Source: Leptospirales bacterium (GTDB taxonomy: Bacteria; Spirochaetota; Leptospiria; Turneriellales; JAOUFE01). From it: a stretch of DNA of 29,505 nt. Position 1 is the first letter of the stretch. Every line of letters begins with the position of its first letter. The notes beneath the pieces are model-generated. The model ran no database searches, was not told the DNA's origin, and was given only the letters and a program-made list of their open reading frames with translations. A program made the translations under genes and the position numbers. Of this stretch, positions 18,807 to 29,174 are shown piece by piece. Where the stretch lies: contig JBEQLE010000055.1 in assembly GCA_040326155.1 (NCBI GenBank), positions 1 to 29,505 on the forward strand, given 5' to 3'.

Positions 18807-19723
18807 AAAGGGGTTCTTTTAATCTGTTTGGTCATGGTAACTTCATTGCCAACTTTATTGTAAACCATTTTATCCATATTTACGCTGGTAATTAAAATGC
18901 CTCTTCCGTGTACTGCGTCTACCATGCGGGCCATTTTACCGTCTTTGTATTTTTCGTAGTCAAAACCTTCGCCTTCGTCTTTGATGGTAAAGGTAATTTG
19001 CCCTTTTTTGTAAGCGTAGGAGACCCAGATTTTGCGGTTTGCATATGGTTCGTTTAACGCCCGGTCACGCAGGTATTCAAGATAGTTTAAATCTTCTTCA
19101 AGCAATCTTTTTTTCTCATCATAATCGATGCCTAAATTTCCATGCTCATAGGCGTTTATTAACATTTCATAAATGGAAAGGCGAACAGAAAACATCTGGT
19201 TTTTATCGTTTAAACCAAATCGTTTTAATATTTCAAGCAATTCATGAATAAATACATTTAGAATTTCGAGGTTTGTTGGTAGACAAAACGTTCTGGCTTC
19301 TTTTGTAATTGCGCTTACAAAGTCATACTCTTCTTTTTTATGAACAGATACAGAGCGAAACTTTTCAAGCAATAAGGCAATTTCTTCAATTGTAAAGGGT
19401 TTGCGAATAAATTCCATGGCGCCGGCTTGCAAAGCACGAACTTCGCTACCAGGGTCAGATTCAGCAGTTAAAACAACAAATTGCAGGTAGGGACGAATTT
19501 CTTTTGCTTTTTTAATAAATTCAAGCCCATCCATGTCGGGTAGATCGGTATCTACGATCATAAATGCAAAATCGGTAGATGCGAGTTTAGAAAGCGCATT
19601 CTTGGCGTTAGAAGAGTAGCTAATTTCCATATGGCCGGAAAGCAGATCTTTCATGACTTCCCATGTAGCCTCAACAGAATCTACAAAAAGCAAGCCTGGT
19701 TTATAATTAACAATAAAGTCCAT
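18803..19723 (-). CDS. Response regulator receiver fused to an RsbW-like HATPase (anti-sigma factor kinase)
   Basis: REC motifs VDTDLPDMDG, VLTA, RKPF; HATPase motifs EMLINAYEHGN, IKDEGEGFD, GRGI. Confidence 0.88.
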   Translation of the reverse strand: MDFIVNYKPGLLFVDSVEATWEVMKDLLSGHMEISYSSNAKNALSKLASTDFAFMIVDTDLPDMDGLEFIKKAKEIRPYLQFVVLTAESDPGSEVRALQAGAMEFIRKPFTIEEIALLLEKFRSVSVHKKEEYDFVSAITKEARTFCLPTNLEILNVFIHELLEILKRFGLNDKNQMFSVRLSIYEMLINAYEHGNLGIDYDEKKRLLEEDLNYLEYLRDRALNEPYANRKIWVSYAYKKGQITFTIKDEGEGFDYEKYKDGKMARMVDAVHGRGILITSVNMDKMVYNKVGNEVTMTKQIKRTPF

Positions 19724-19844
19724 TAGTCGCTGGATAGGTTGAAATATGCGTTAATATACGACAAGAACTTATTCTGTATTAGGCCTGCAAAAGCGGCACA
19801 AAAGAACATGTTTTCGCAAAATTCGGTAGTGAAATTGAGTATTC

Positions 19845-21236
19845 TTAGGAAAGATTTTCGATATCAGTTATGGACGAAGGGGTATTTTGGCTCATAATCT
19901 GCTTACCACTTTCTGAGATTACGACATCGTCTTCAATTCTAATTCCTATGCCGCGAAAAGCTTCAGGCACAAAATCGTATTGCCCCGAAATGTAAATTCC
20001 CGGCTCTACGGTAAAAACCATTCCAGGTTCAATTTCTCGTTCGGACGCTGCAATGCGGTATTTGCCTACATCGTGAACATCAAGGCCTAAATAATGGGAG
20101 GTAGAGTGCATATAATAATGGCGGTACAAATTTCTCTCGATTACTTCTTTTACAGATTCAGGTTTTGCCCAGACCACCGTGTTATTCTTTTTACTGCCCT
20201 CATTTTGTTTTTTTTCGGAAGCATCATTATCGATATCGGGAATTTTCTTGAAAAAGCCAAGCTCCCATAATCCTTCTGTAATTACAAGTAGTGTAGAATC
20301 GTGTATGGATTGCAATGTGTTACCTTTTCGACACTCTTCGAAAGCTCTGTTTTGCGCTGCTAATACAATCGAATAGATTTCTTTTTGTTCTTCAGAAAAT
20401 TTACCACCCACCGGGAAAGTCCTTGTTATATCGGAGGCGTACCCGTTCCATTCACAACCAGCGTCGATTAAAACTAAGTCATTTTTATGTAATTGGCTCG
20501 AACACTCCGTATAATGTAACACTGTGCCATTGTTACCCCCCGCAACAATGGTGGGGTAGGCAAGTTCCGTTGCTCCTTGTTCAAACATCAGGGACTCTAT
20601 TTGAGTTCGAAGTCCGTGTTCGGTTAGCGGACCGGAACCTGAATAATTTCGAGAGAACTTCATTGTTTCGGTAAACGCAGAAGCGCTGATATCTACAGCG
20701 GTTTGAATCTCTTTTAATTCAGACGCAGTTTTATACAACCGCATTTCATGTAACAATTCTGAAACCTGTATTATACGTTCGGGGCCGAGCTCTTTAGCAC
20801 GATTATTTCGGTTTAAAGTTTGGAGGGTTTGCAAAAGCTTTTGGTCAAAATCGGGTTCTTCCCCGAAATCGAAATAAAGAGTTTTTTTGTTTTTCAGTCT
20901 TTCACCGATTTGATTCCAAAATAGTGTAACGTTAAAAATAGACTCTTTTGAAATGTTCAACGCTAGAGCCGTGTCTTCCGGGTTTTGCATTTTGCCTTCC
21001 CATCGTTCTTTCAGAAGGTCAGGGTATTCCATATAAATTTCAATTTCGTTGTCGGAGGTTAGAACCAGATAGAAGTTTTCTAAGGACAATCCCGTTAAAT
21101 AGAGAAGATCGGAACTTGTTCTATAGTTGTAATAGACATCTCGGTTTCGTTTCGCTCTTTCTGGCGCTTTCATTACCAAAATAGAATCTTTTTCCATGCG
21201 TTCAGCCGCACTTTTTAGTTTTTCCCGATAGCTCAT
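19845..21236 (-). CDS. pepP: Xaa-Pro aminopeptidase (M24B)
   Basis: LIDAGCE, YASDITRTFP, HSTSHYLGLDVHD, TVEPGIY and GIRIEDD motifs. Confidence 0.95.
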   Translation of the reverse strand: MSYREKLKSAAERMEKDSILVMKAPERAKRNRDVYYNYRTSSDLLYLTGLSLENFYLVLTSDNEIEIYMEYPDLLKERWEGKMQNPEDTALALNISKESIFNVTLFWNQIGERLKNKKTLYFDFGEEPDFDQKLLQTLQTLNRNNRAKELGPERIIQVSELLHEMRLYKTASELKEIQTAVDISASAFTETMKFSRNYSGSGPLTEHGLRTQIESLMFEQGATELAYPTIVAGGNNGTVLHYTECSSQLHKNDLVLIDAGCEWNGYASDITRTFPVGGKFSEEQKEIYSIVLAAQNRAFEECRKGNTLQSIHDSTLLVITEGLWELGFFKKIPDIDNDASEKKQNEGSKKNNTVVWAKPESVKEVIERNLYRHYYMHSTSHYLGLDVHDVGKYRIAASEREIEPGMVFTVEPGIYISGQYDFVPEAFRGIGIRIEDDVVISESGKQIMSQNTPSSITDIENLS

Positions 21237-21352
21237 ATTCTCAATCTCCGCATTATAGATTATATAAGTTTCGACAAGTTGTAAACCTTACTTAGGTGAA
21301 TTTGTTTAACATATAGTTTAAAGCAGTTTTAGAACTGATTCTTTACAAAATA

Positions 21353-22498
21353 TCAGTTGCCATAACGCATCATAAAACCAATTTTAATGCCGATATCGTA
21401 TGGGTATGCGAATGAACCTGCCACATTAAAAACAAATTTCTCTTTTACATAAAGCCTGAACCCGGCTTCAAAGCCGACTGTTCCACTGAATTCTCCATCG
21501 GGACTGTTATCTGGTTGGCCATAACCAGCACCAAAAAAGGCGCCAGAATAAATGGATAGCCAGGTTTTTGTTCCAGGTTTTCGAAAATGAAAAGCGATTC
21601 CATCTGATAGAGGAAAAGAACCCATTGTTAAAGGTTTCTTGGCAATTAATGCAATGGGCCATGCAAATAATAGTAAAGGGGAAAAAAACGGGATTTTTAT
21701 ATACCCAAACGTAATACCACGGCTTGTGTCACGGCCAATTCCCACCCCGAACGAGCCATAAGAGCTAAACCAATTGACGGGAAATTTTTCATCTTGTACT
21801 TCATATTGCAATATAATTCCGTATTGCCCCATGCCGCTCTGGAAACCATGCGTTTTAAATGTACGAGCGCGCCTTGTATTTAAAGCAGCGGTCGTAATCT
21901 TTTTCTTACCTTTTGTTTTTTCAATTTCTTCACCGTTCCCCTTATTTTTGGAAGCAATTTTTCGATTGTGGGCTTCAATGGTTGATGTAATTTCAATTAT
22001 AATGGTATCGGCTGCGCGATCGGAAGCTGAAAACAGAGTCGAGTCGATTGGATTTCGTATCGGGTCGAGACTCTTTTTTTCACCGATATTTGGGAAATAA
22101 ACATCGATGGAAATTACAATTTCGTTCGTTGTTTCGTCAAATACATAAACCCCGTAAATGACAATGTCAGCCTCAATTAATTTTGCCGCTTTTTTTATTT
22201 GTTTATCGACTAACACTTCAGATTGGTAATTATATAGCGTTTTAATTTTGGAAAAATTGGCTCTTTGGTATTCAAAACCCTTTCGCATTTTTTTATCTAT
22301 AGCATCGACCAGACTACTAGAAAGATACCCATAGTCCTCAGATTTAGTATTATCGGTAAATGGAAATATAGCTACTCTGGCTAATTCAGACTTCTTTTGG
22401 GTTTTTGCGTCTTTTTCGTTCTTTTTCTTTGCATATGCTGTAGAAGAAATTACAACAACAAGAAAAATTGCAACCGTCTTAAATATTGACTTTATCAT
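21353..22498 (-). CDS. Hypothetical secreted protein: N-terminal TolB-N/CsgG/FlgO-like alpha-beta domain plus C-terminal beta-barrel-like region
   Basis: Signal peptide ending AYA; RVAIFPFTDNT...YLSSSL...ADIVIYG; Gly/aromatic-rich C-terminus. Confidence 0.7.
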   Translation of the reverse strand: MIKSIFKTVAIFLVVVISSTAYAKKKNEKDAKTQKKSELARVAIFPFTDNTKSEDYGYLSSSLVDAIDKKMRKGFEYQRANFSKIKTLYNYQSEVLVDKQIKKAAKLIEADIVIYGVYVFDETTNEIVISIDVYFPNIGEKKSLDPIRNPIDSTLFSASDRAADTIIIEITSTIEAHNRKIASKNKGNGEEIEKTKGKKKITTAALNTRRARTFKTHGFQSGMGQYGIILQYEVQDEKFPVNWFSSYGSFGVGIGRDTSRGITFGYIKIPFFSPLLLFAWPIALIAKKPLTMGSFPLSDGIAFHFRKPGTKTWLSIYSGAFFGAGYGQPDNSPDGEFSGTVGFEAGFRLYVKEKFVFNVAGSFAYPYDIGIKIGFMMRYGN

Positions 22499-22781
22499 GT
22501 AGTACAATGCCAAAAATAAAGTAACCGTCAAGATCTTTTTTGGCAATTTTTATTGCTGCGCGATAGCGGTAAAAAGCAAATGGACGGGTAGGGGTGAATC
22601 TGACGATGTAAGAAACCCGGTTTATAGAATTCAATCGGGGAGACGGAAGACGGCGAGCTCAATCGAGGCTGAGTGTCGCGAAGACCTTCGGTATTACTCA
22701 CAAAAATTGATATGCATAATAAAAGACTCCTTTCGTTGTCGGTTGGGCGTCTTGCGCCGGCTGAAGTCGGGGCTTAGCCCC

Positions 22782-22991
22782 TTAAACCTTTTTTAAAAAA
22801 ACTGTTTTTAAAACAATCGTTCCTTTGCCTTTGCCCGATTCAATTTCTTCGTCTTTTGAAGTCAGACGGATATTTTTATAGATTGCGCCTCTTTTAATTG
22901 TGGATGAAGTTCCTTTTATTTTCAGGTCTTTTATTACCTGTACTGTATCGCCAGCTTCCAGCTCTGTTCCATTGCTGTCTTTAACACTCAT
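22782..22991 (-). CDS. PhnA/YjdM C-terminal-domain-only protein
   Basis: VKDSNGTELEAGDTVQVIKDLKIKG...KNIRL...LKTVFLKKV. Confidence 0.88.
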   Translation of the reverse strand: MSVKDSNGTELEAGDTVQVIKDLKIKGTSSTIKRGAIYKNIRLTSKDEEIESGKGKGTIVLKTVFLKKV

Positions 22992-23413
22992 AAATTATTC
23001 CTTTTTGTTATATAAACCTGATTTTTGGCAGATTCTACCAATAGATATATTCGTTAGTTAATGGTTCGGCTTGTAAACCTTTTTTAAAATATCGATGTGA
23101 TTCGTTTGCAGCGATTAACTATTTTTAGCACAATGATTTTGGTTTGTACGCCTTAGGTATGAAAAGCAGAGACGATTTGTCATACTTAGGTCGTATTATT
23201 GAATTATTCCAGTAGATTTACTTCAATTCATTTGACAAAATACCATGACTGTATACTTTCACGCAACTTGGAATGATAAGTTAAATTGAATTTTTAATAA
23301 ATGTTATGGCAAATGAAGAAGAATAAAATGAACACACGCGGAAAGGGGAACGGTTCGGATCATCACGAAAACAACTGAAATTGTATCAAACAAAACTCCC
23401 AATTCATCCATTT

Positions 23414-23454
23414 CGATAGACGGTTTTGAACAAGCCGTCTATCGCATTTTTTTT
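23414..23454 (+). terminator. Rho-independent terminator-like hairpin
   Basis: CGATAGACGG-N11-CCGTCTATCG followed by CA and a T run. Confidence 0.65.
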
Positions 23455-23470
23455 AGTTAAAATTCATTAT

Positions 23471-23665
23471 CTATAATTCACTTAAATGTGTATATTTAAA
23501 ACCCTTGAAGAATTTAAGACCATATTCAAATACACGATCTAAAGTGGAATGGGCTAATATGATTATCCCGGCTAAAGCAATATATGGAGTGGCGAAAAGA
23601 AGTCCAACCAGATAAAGAAATATGCCAAACCCACGAAAATGGATAATATTATAAACCATGGCGCC
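23471..23665 (-). pseudogene. C-terminal half of a DUF4260 family membrane protein
   Basis: GAMVYNIIH...IILAHSTLDRVFEYGLK...FKYTHL; the N-terminal half is absent. Confidence 0.75.
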
Positions 23666-24168
23666 AGTTTGAAAGACGTATCGATGTCCTCCGGCAATCC
23701 GAACCCGTTTTGAACTTCGAGGTCGATAAAGCCATGTAATATGCAACGTAAAAATCGAATGGCATGTATTTTGGCCTGGTTTTGAACATAGGGTTCGATT
23801 ACACGACTTAACAATTGAATTAACGAAACAGCAATTTCCTGGTACGCAGGACTTCTTTTGATATGTATAATCTGCATAGATTGATACAAGCCAGGATTTT
23901 TTAAAGCGTAACTTCTAAACGAATTACAAACTTCTCGAATAGCCATTTCGCCGGATAAACCAAAAGCATTGGTATGAATAATCTGAATAATTTCTTGCAT
24001 AAAAATAATTCCAAGTTCATCGTAAATATCATTTAAACTTTGAATGTGTTTATACAAAGAAGGGGGCTTCACGTTAAACTCCCTGGCTAATTTTGCAATG
24101 GTCAGGGCTTGAAAACCTTCGCCGTTTGCAATTACGATAGCTTTGTTAATTATCTCAGATTCATTCAT
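23572..24168 (-). CDS. TetR/AcrR family regulator (WHG-like C-terminal domain) with aberrant read-through C-terminus
   Basis: EGFQALTIAKLAREFNVKPPSLYKH HTH; YALKNPGLY, LHGFIDLE, GFGLPEDIDTSF. Confidence 0.85.
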   Translation of the reverse strand: MNESEIINKAIVIANGEGFQALTIAKLAREFNVKPPSLYKHIQSLNDIYDELGIIFMQEIIQIIHTNAFGLSGEMAIREVCNSFRSYALKNPGLYQSMQIIHIKRSPAYQEIAVSLIQLLSRVIEPYVQNQAKIHAIRFLRCILHGFIDLEVQNGFGLPEDIDTSFKLAPWFIILSIFVGLAYFFIWLDFFSPLHILL

Positions 24169-24169
24169 A

Positions 24170-24205
24170 GCTAATATTGTTAACATATAGGCTAATAGCA
24201 TTAGC
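24170..24205. promoter_or_regulatory. Two TetR operator-like palindromes abutting the tetR start
   Basis: GCTAAT-ATT-GTTAAC (24170..24184) and perfect GCTAAT-AGC-ATTAGC (24191..24205), 21 bp apart. Confidence 0.7.
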
Positions 24206-24293
24206 TTTGCAATCTAAAGATGGAAAAATAAAGGGTAATGAGAGAAAATTATGAAGAATATAACGGATAGGTGAGGGTGCCGCACAAGTAGAA

Positions 24294-24567
24294 GGTAAAA
24301 TATCCACCAACGACACTCAGAACATGGCCAGCCGAAGGCGCTGCCACTAAATGGTAAAATACCCACCAGCGACCACCCAGAACTTGGCCAGCCGAAGGCA
24401 CTGCCACTTGATGGTAAAAACCACACCAGCGACCACCCAGAACTTGGCCAGCCGAAGGCACCGCCACCCGATGGTAAAATACCCACCAACAACCACCCAC
24501 AACTTGGCCAGCCGAAGGCGCCGCCACCCGATGGTAAAATACCCACCCACCAGCGACCACCCAGAAC
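24294..24567 (+). repeat. 60-bp GC-rich tandem repeat, about 4.5 copies
   Basis: Unit GGTAAAATACCCACCAGCGACCACCCAGAACTTGGCCAGCCGAAGGCACCGCCACCCGAT repeats in register. Confidence 0.95.
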
Positions 24568-24780
24568 CAACTTGAAGCAACGAAACGGGCAGAGAAAAAT
24601 ACTGAATATCTTATGTCAAATTCAGATAATAGCCCCGGAAGAACTTACTTTAAAGAAAAAAGCCCCCAGGGTAAAAACAGAATGTGACATAATATACCTT
24701 ATGGGAAGTCGCTCACTTTTAGCCCCTTAAAAGAATATCAAAAGACTTTACAGGATGAATCCAGAATGTGAATTCCTTCC

Positions 24781-25545
24781 ATGATACAAGCGTACCCGAG
24801 AAAAACATACAGACCTTTTCGAAAGATACTCAAAACCGTCGGGGCAACATGCGCATCGTACAAGTTAATAGAACCGGGTGATCGAATTATGGTTGCTGTT
24901 TCGGGGGGAAAAGATTCGCTTTGCATGCTTTCGATTCTAATTGCATTGCAAAAAAAAGCTCCTTTTTCGTTCGAAATTTTTGCCTTTACACTCGACCAGG
25001 GACAACCTGATTTTGCAGCTCATAAACTGAAAGATCATTTTGCCTCACTTGAAATTGAAAACTATGTTGAGCTACATGACACATTTACCATTGTTCAAGA
25101 AAAGCTCGAAGAAAATCAAACCCAGTGTTTTCTTTGCTCTCGTCTTCGCCGGGGAATTTTATATTCCAGGGCCCGAGAACTCGGGGCCAATAAAATTGCT
25201 CTCGGACACCACTCTGACGACGCTTTTCAAACCCTGCTTTTGAATTTTTTCTTTTCGGGTCGAAACGCTTCCATCCCTCCCCTGCTGTTAAACGATCAAG
25301 GAGATGTGACCGTTATCCGCCCCTTAATTGAACTTGATGAATCGGCTCTCATTGACATGGCTGCGCATATGCAAATGCCAATTTTACCTTGCAATGTATG
25401 TGGTTCTCAAGAGAATCTTCAACGACAACGCATAAAAAGACTTTTACTAGCCGAAGAGCAGCTGAATCCATCTGTTCGTAGCTCCATGAAAAAAGCTTTA
25501 AAAAGTATTCAACCGAGACATCTATGGGACAAAAACTATGAATAA
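24781..25545 (+). CDS. ttcA: tRNA 2-thiocytidine(32) synthetase
   Basis: PP-loop SGGKDS, CFLCSRLRRG, ALGHH, IRPL and PCNVCGSQ motifs. Confidence 0.95.
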   Translation: MIQAYPRKTYRPFRKILKTVGATCASYKLIEPGDRIMVAVSGGKDSLCMLSILIALQKKAPFSFEIFAFTLDQGQPDFAAHKLKDHFASLEIENYVELHDTFTIVQEKLEENQTQCFLCSRLRRGILYSRARELGANKIALGHHSDDAFQTLLLNFFFSGRNASIPPLLLNDQGDVTVIRPLIELDESALIDMAAHMQMPILPCNVCGSQENLQRQRIKRLLLAEEQLNPSVRSSMKKALKSIQPRHLWDKNYE

Positions 25546-26449
25546 TAATCCAACTTTACGAGCCTATATTGAACCAGTCACAGTTTTAAAAAAAGAAGAT
25601 TACACGCAACTTATTGACCTTGCCTTGTGCGAAGATCGTATTGACCAGGATGTTACCTCACTCGCTATTTTTTCTAATGAAGAGATTACGAGGGCAAATT
25701 TAATAGCACGCCAGGACGGTATTATAGCCGGAATAGAAGTATTCACAGAAGTTTTTCGACGTGTAGACGAAACACTGACAATCGATTTAAATGTGAAAGA
25801 TGGCGATCAACTTTGTAAAAATGATGTAGTCGCTGTAATTCATGGGCCGGTCTGTTCCATATTAGCCGCCGAAAGAACATCATTAAATTTTCTAAGTATG
25901 ATTTCTGGAATTGCTAATACAGCTCGAAAATGTAAAAAGATCGCCTCGGAAATGAATATAATACCATTAGACACAAGAAAAACTTTACCAGGCTATCGCG
26001 CCCTTTCCAAATACGCCGTACAAATTGGTGGTGGCGCCAACCATCGAAAAGACTTACAGCAAATGGGGCTTATTAAAGATAACCATATTGCAGCAGCCGG
26101 ATCAATATCAAAGGCCATTCAACTGTTTCGAAAGAAATATCCTCAAAAAAAACTTGAAGTTGAAGTTGATGCATTTGAACAATTAGTAGAAGCCCTTCCT
26201 GAAAAACCAGAAATGATTTTACTTGATAATATGAAACCAGAGCAGCTGACTAAATGTGCTGCCTATATAAAGCAGTTTAATTTAGATAATAGTCTCGAAA
26301 TTACCTGTGAAGCCTCGGGAGGATACCATCCTGATAATATTCAAGTTTTAAAAAATACCGGGGTCGATTTTGTAAGTTCAGGAGCGCTGACGAATAACAT
26401 AACGCCTTTTGATTTCAGCCTCGATGTTTTGCCTCTTAGTAACTCTTAG
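25538..26449 (+). CDS. nadC: Nicotinate-nucleotide pyrophosphorylase (carboxylating)
   Basis: ERTSLN, DTRKTLPG, NHR, IKDNH, EVEVD, LLDNM and EASGG motifs. Confidence 0.96.
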   Translation: MNNNPTLRAYIEPVTVLKKEDYTQLIDLALCEDRIDQDVTSLAIFSNEEITRANLIARQDGIIAGIEVFTEVFRRVDETLTIDLNVKDGDQLCKNDVVAVIHGPVCSILAAERTSLNFLSMISGIANTARKCKKIASEMNIIPLDTRKTLPGYRALSKYAVQIGGGANHRKDLQQMGLIKDNHIAAAGSISKAIQLFRKKYPQKKLEVEVDAFEQLVEALPEKPEMILLDNMKPEQLTKCAAYIKQFNLDNSLEITCEASGGYHPDNIQVLKNTGVDFVSSGALTNNITPFDFSLDVLPLSNS

Positions 26450-26492
26450 AAAAATGAAGTAAAACAAGGCAGACAAATAAAGTAAAATAAAA

Positions 26493-29090
26493 TTAATTAA
26501 AATCTTGATCTAACCGGGGATTGTATTCGTATAACGTTGTCTCGGGCAGCCCCAGAGCGGGATAGTCGGTCAGGTTCATGGTCAGAAAAACACCTTTTTC
26601 ATAAAAACCCTTCCACTGTTTTGTGTCGACGCCATCGGGTATCCAGACACGGCTTATTGTATAACTTAAGCGCAGCACCCAACGGTGCAAATTGTGCTCA
26701 ATGCCAGCTGAAATTTTATCTACGGAAAAAGGAGACACCACACCCGAAAGATTATTGGTTACCGAAGTTCCAAAATTAGAGTACGGATCTTCCGGGGTGT
26801 CGTTTACAAATCTGCTGCGAAGATCAGCAAAGATTAACCAGTATTTTGCCACTTCTATTTCGGTATTTAATTCATACACCAGTTGGTTACGTAAATTATT
26901 ATTGAAATCGTGCAGCCACGAAATTCCGGTTTGCATAAAAAAGATTTCACGCAAAAATAAAAACTTGTAACCACCCACATTAAAATAAAGGGAAAGCGTA
27001 TTCATACCCGGTTTTTCAAACCTGATCTGGTAGTCGAATCTGTTTTCAATGGAAATTCCAAAATAGGGTTTTCGCCTTGTAAAAGGATAACCCATCGAAG
27101 GGGTTTTATTTACAAAGTCATAATCGAATCTTGCCATCGCTGTCACAGGTAACCAGCGGTCTAATTCCGCAACGGCATTGGGGTATTCCCTTAAGTCACG
27201 CCCCGAAACAATACGCATGTTAAAAAAGGGAGCCATGTCCACAACCCCGCCAACCAGCACAGCGTGATAAAGTTGATTACCAAATGTCGGGTCAGGGTCG
27301 TCTCTAAAAAATGCATACTGTATTTCATGTTGTCCAAATAAATACGCCTCGGGTAGACCAATTCGAATTAGATTTTGAGAAAAACCAAACAGGTATGAAT
27401 TTCGTCCATCTTCGGATGTTGACGCCGCAGAGTTGGCGGCAAATTCTGTTTTCTGACCTTTCGCGCCAAGACCCGCTGCTCGTATCACTGTAACAAATGG
27501 CAAATAGAACCGCACGCCATCTAAAGCAGAATAGTAGTTAATCGTTTTATAAGAACTACCGAATTTATACTCGTTTTCACGCCTTACTTCGCCAACAAAC
27601 TCATTGCGAGCGCCGGAAAATATTTCACCTTTAGGCTGAATTATACTTGTATTTGTTCGAAAAATGACCTCTGGTAAAATATCATTTTTTACCAGGTAGG
27701 AATATTCAGCGTTTGAATTTGCGCCCTTACTCCATCTGTTTTGTCTTTGCAATTTAACATTTAAACTGGCCTCAGCCCAGGTTTGTGTAAAGTGAGCCTG
27801 CCAAATGGTGTCCCGGTAAAGCTTCTCCGTGTTTGGTAAAGTTCGGTTTATCCAGAAAGAATCAAAAGAGTTGCTTGGGATATGACGTTGTTTAAAATTT
27901 TTACCAAAACTTGCATTGTTATACTGCTCAAATACCAGCATCAGCTGTGAAGAGGTATCTTTTTTTGTATTGCGAAACAAGGTGGAATTTAAATTCATAT
28001 CGAATTCATACCAGTAATCATCTTTCGTTCCAATGGAACCATTCTTCAATAGGATATAATTTGTTACTCGTTTTGTGCCAGTTAAAACATCCCGGTACAT
28101 ATAACGTGCAACACCCAGAGAGATATCGTATTTAAGGTCTGGACTTTTGCGGTTAAAATAGGCGCCGAAATACCAGCCATTGTATTGATAAATATCAGCG
28201 AGAATAGAAGCATGTTCCGGGAAAATGGATGTTTTTTTGCGCGAGATTCCAAATGAATATGTGTTTTGTAAGTAATGACCATTTGCATTACTGTTCCCAT
28301 ATAGGGTTCTAATGCCTGTGCCAATATCTGTTTGCAACAAAAAAGGAAGGTAAAATACCGGTGTCAGCCCGACATAATAGAGAACCCCGAGCGCGATGAC
28401 ATCATTCTCAGTGGAAATCCATACTTTAGACGCCCGAAAAAAGTAATGGGGGTTTATTACTTCACAACCGGTAAAAATAGTTTTGGCCAAAACATACATT
28501 TCATCGGGAACAATAGTAATCGATTCGGCTTTGAAATTGATGTTATTATAAGAAAGACTGGGATTTAATATAACTCCAATTTTTTTATTGTTATCGAAAA
28601 CAAACTGATCACCGTAAATAGTCTGATCATTGTCTCGAATAACAATATTCCCCTCGCCAAAAAATTCCCCGGTTTTAGGATTATATTTCACTTCATCGGC
28701 GTACATGTCCATATCGCCATAACGTAATATAATACCTCCACGAAAAACCAAAATACCATGATTGCCTTTTTCGATATACAGATACTCCCCTTCCTGGGCC
28801 CTTACAATCTCGATACCTTGTCCTTTGGGATATTTACTATTTTTTTCAGGTTTGGTTTGAAATGTCCAGATTTTACCTTCGGTGGAACCACTGGTTTGTT
28901 TGGTTTTAGTTGTATTGGTAGTACTTGTTGTTTTATTATCTTTCTTTTTTACATTTTCAGGTGAATTTACATCTGTTTGGGAATAACCTGGAAAGCTAAA
29001 CAGTATATTCAAACAAAAGAAGAAGGAAATTACATGTATCAGGTTTCCCGATCGGATCACTATGCAGTATAATAATTTAGCGAACAGCAT
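26493..29090 (-). CDS. lptD: LptD/OstA-like LPS assembly outer membrane protein
   Basis: N-terminal beta-jellyroll-type segments (ADEVKYN, GEGNIVI, FTGC...PHY, PVFYLPF) followed by a large barrel-like region; start uncertain. Confidence 0.75.
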   Translation of the reverse strand: MLFAKLLYCIVIRSGNLIHVISFFFCLNILFSFPGYSQTDVNSPENVKKKDNKTTSTTNTTKTKQTSGSTEGKIWTFQTKPEKNSKYPKGQGIEIVRAQEGEYLYIEKGNHGILVFRGGIILRYGDMDMYADEVKYNPKTGEFFGEGNIVIRDNDQTIYGDQFVFDNNKKIGVILNPSLSYNNINFKAESITIVPDEMYVLAKTIFTGCEVINPHYFFRASKVWISTENDVIALGVLYYVGLTPVFYLPFLLQTDIGTGIRTLYGNSNANGHYLQNTYSFGISRKKTSIFPEHASILADIYQYNGWYFGAYFNRKSPDLKYDISLGVARYMYRDVLTGTKRVTNYILLKNGSIGTKDDYWYEFDMNLNSTLFRNTKKDTSSQLMLVFEQYNNASFGKNFKQRHIPSNSFDSFWINRTLPNTEKLYRDTIWQAHFTQTWAEASLNVKLQRQNRWSKGANSNAEYSYLVKNDILPEVIFRTNTSIIQPKGEIFSGARNEFVGEVRRENEYKFGSSYKTINYYSALDGVRFYLPFVTVIRAAGLGAKGQKTEFAANSAASTSEDGRNSYLFGFSQNLIRIGLPEAYLFGQHEIQYAFFRDDPDPTFGNQLYHAVLVGGVVDMAPFFNMRIVSGRDLREYPNAVAELDRWLPVTAMARFDYDFVNKTPSMGYPFTRRKPYFGISIENRFDYQIRFEKPGMNTLSLYFNVGGYKFLFLREIFFMQTGISWLHDFNNNLRNQLVYELNTEIEVAKYWLIFADLRSRFVNDTPEDPYSNFGTSVTNNLSGVVSPFSVDKISAGIEHNLHRWVLRLSYTISRVWIPDGVDTKQWKGFYEKGVFLTMNLTDYPALGLPETTLYEYNPRLDQDFN

Positions 29091-29174
29091 GGAAAGAAAA
29101 AAGTGGATTTTTTTACAGGTGAGACTGTTTCTGTCTAATACATACGTTCGAAACTGGGAAAGTTTTTTTATTGC

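Noticed and set aside
22746..22781. Chain of short GC hairpins after the PhnA-domain gene as a riboswitch
   Set aside because: No recognisable aptamer motif; more simply terminator or REP debris.
23232..23257. TTGACA...TATACT promoter
   Set aside because: The spacer is only 14 bp.
24214..24580. Four overlapping ORFs over the 60-bp repeat, or a CRISPR array
   Set aside because: The frames stay open because the unit is a multiple of 3 and lacks stops; there are no unique spacers and no cas genes.
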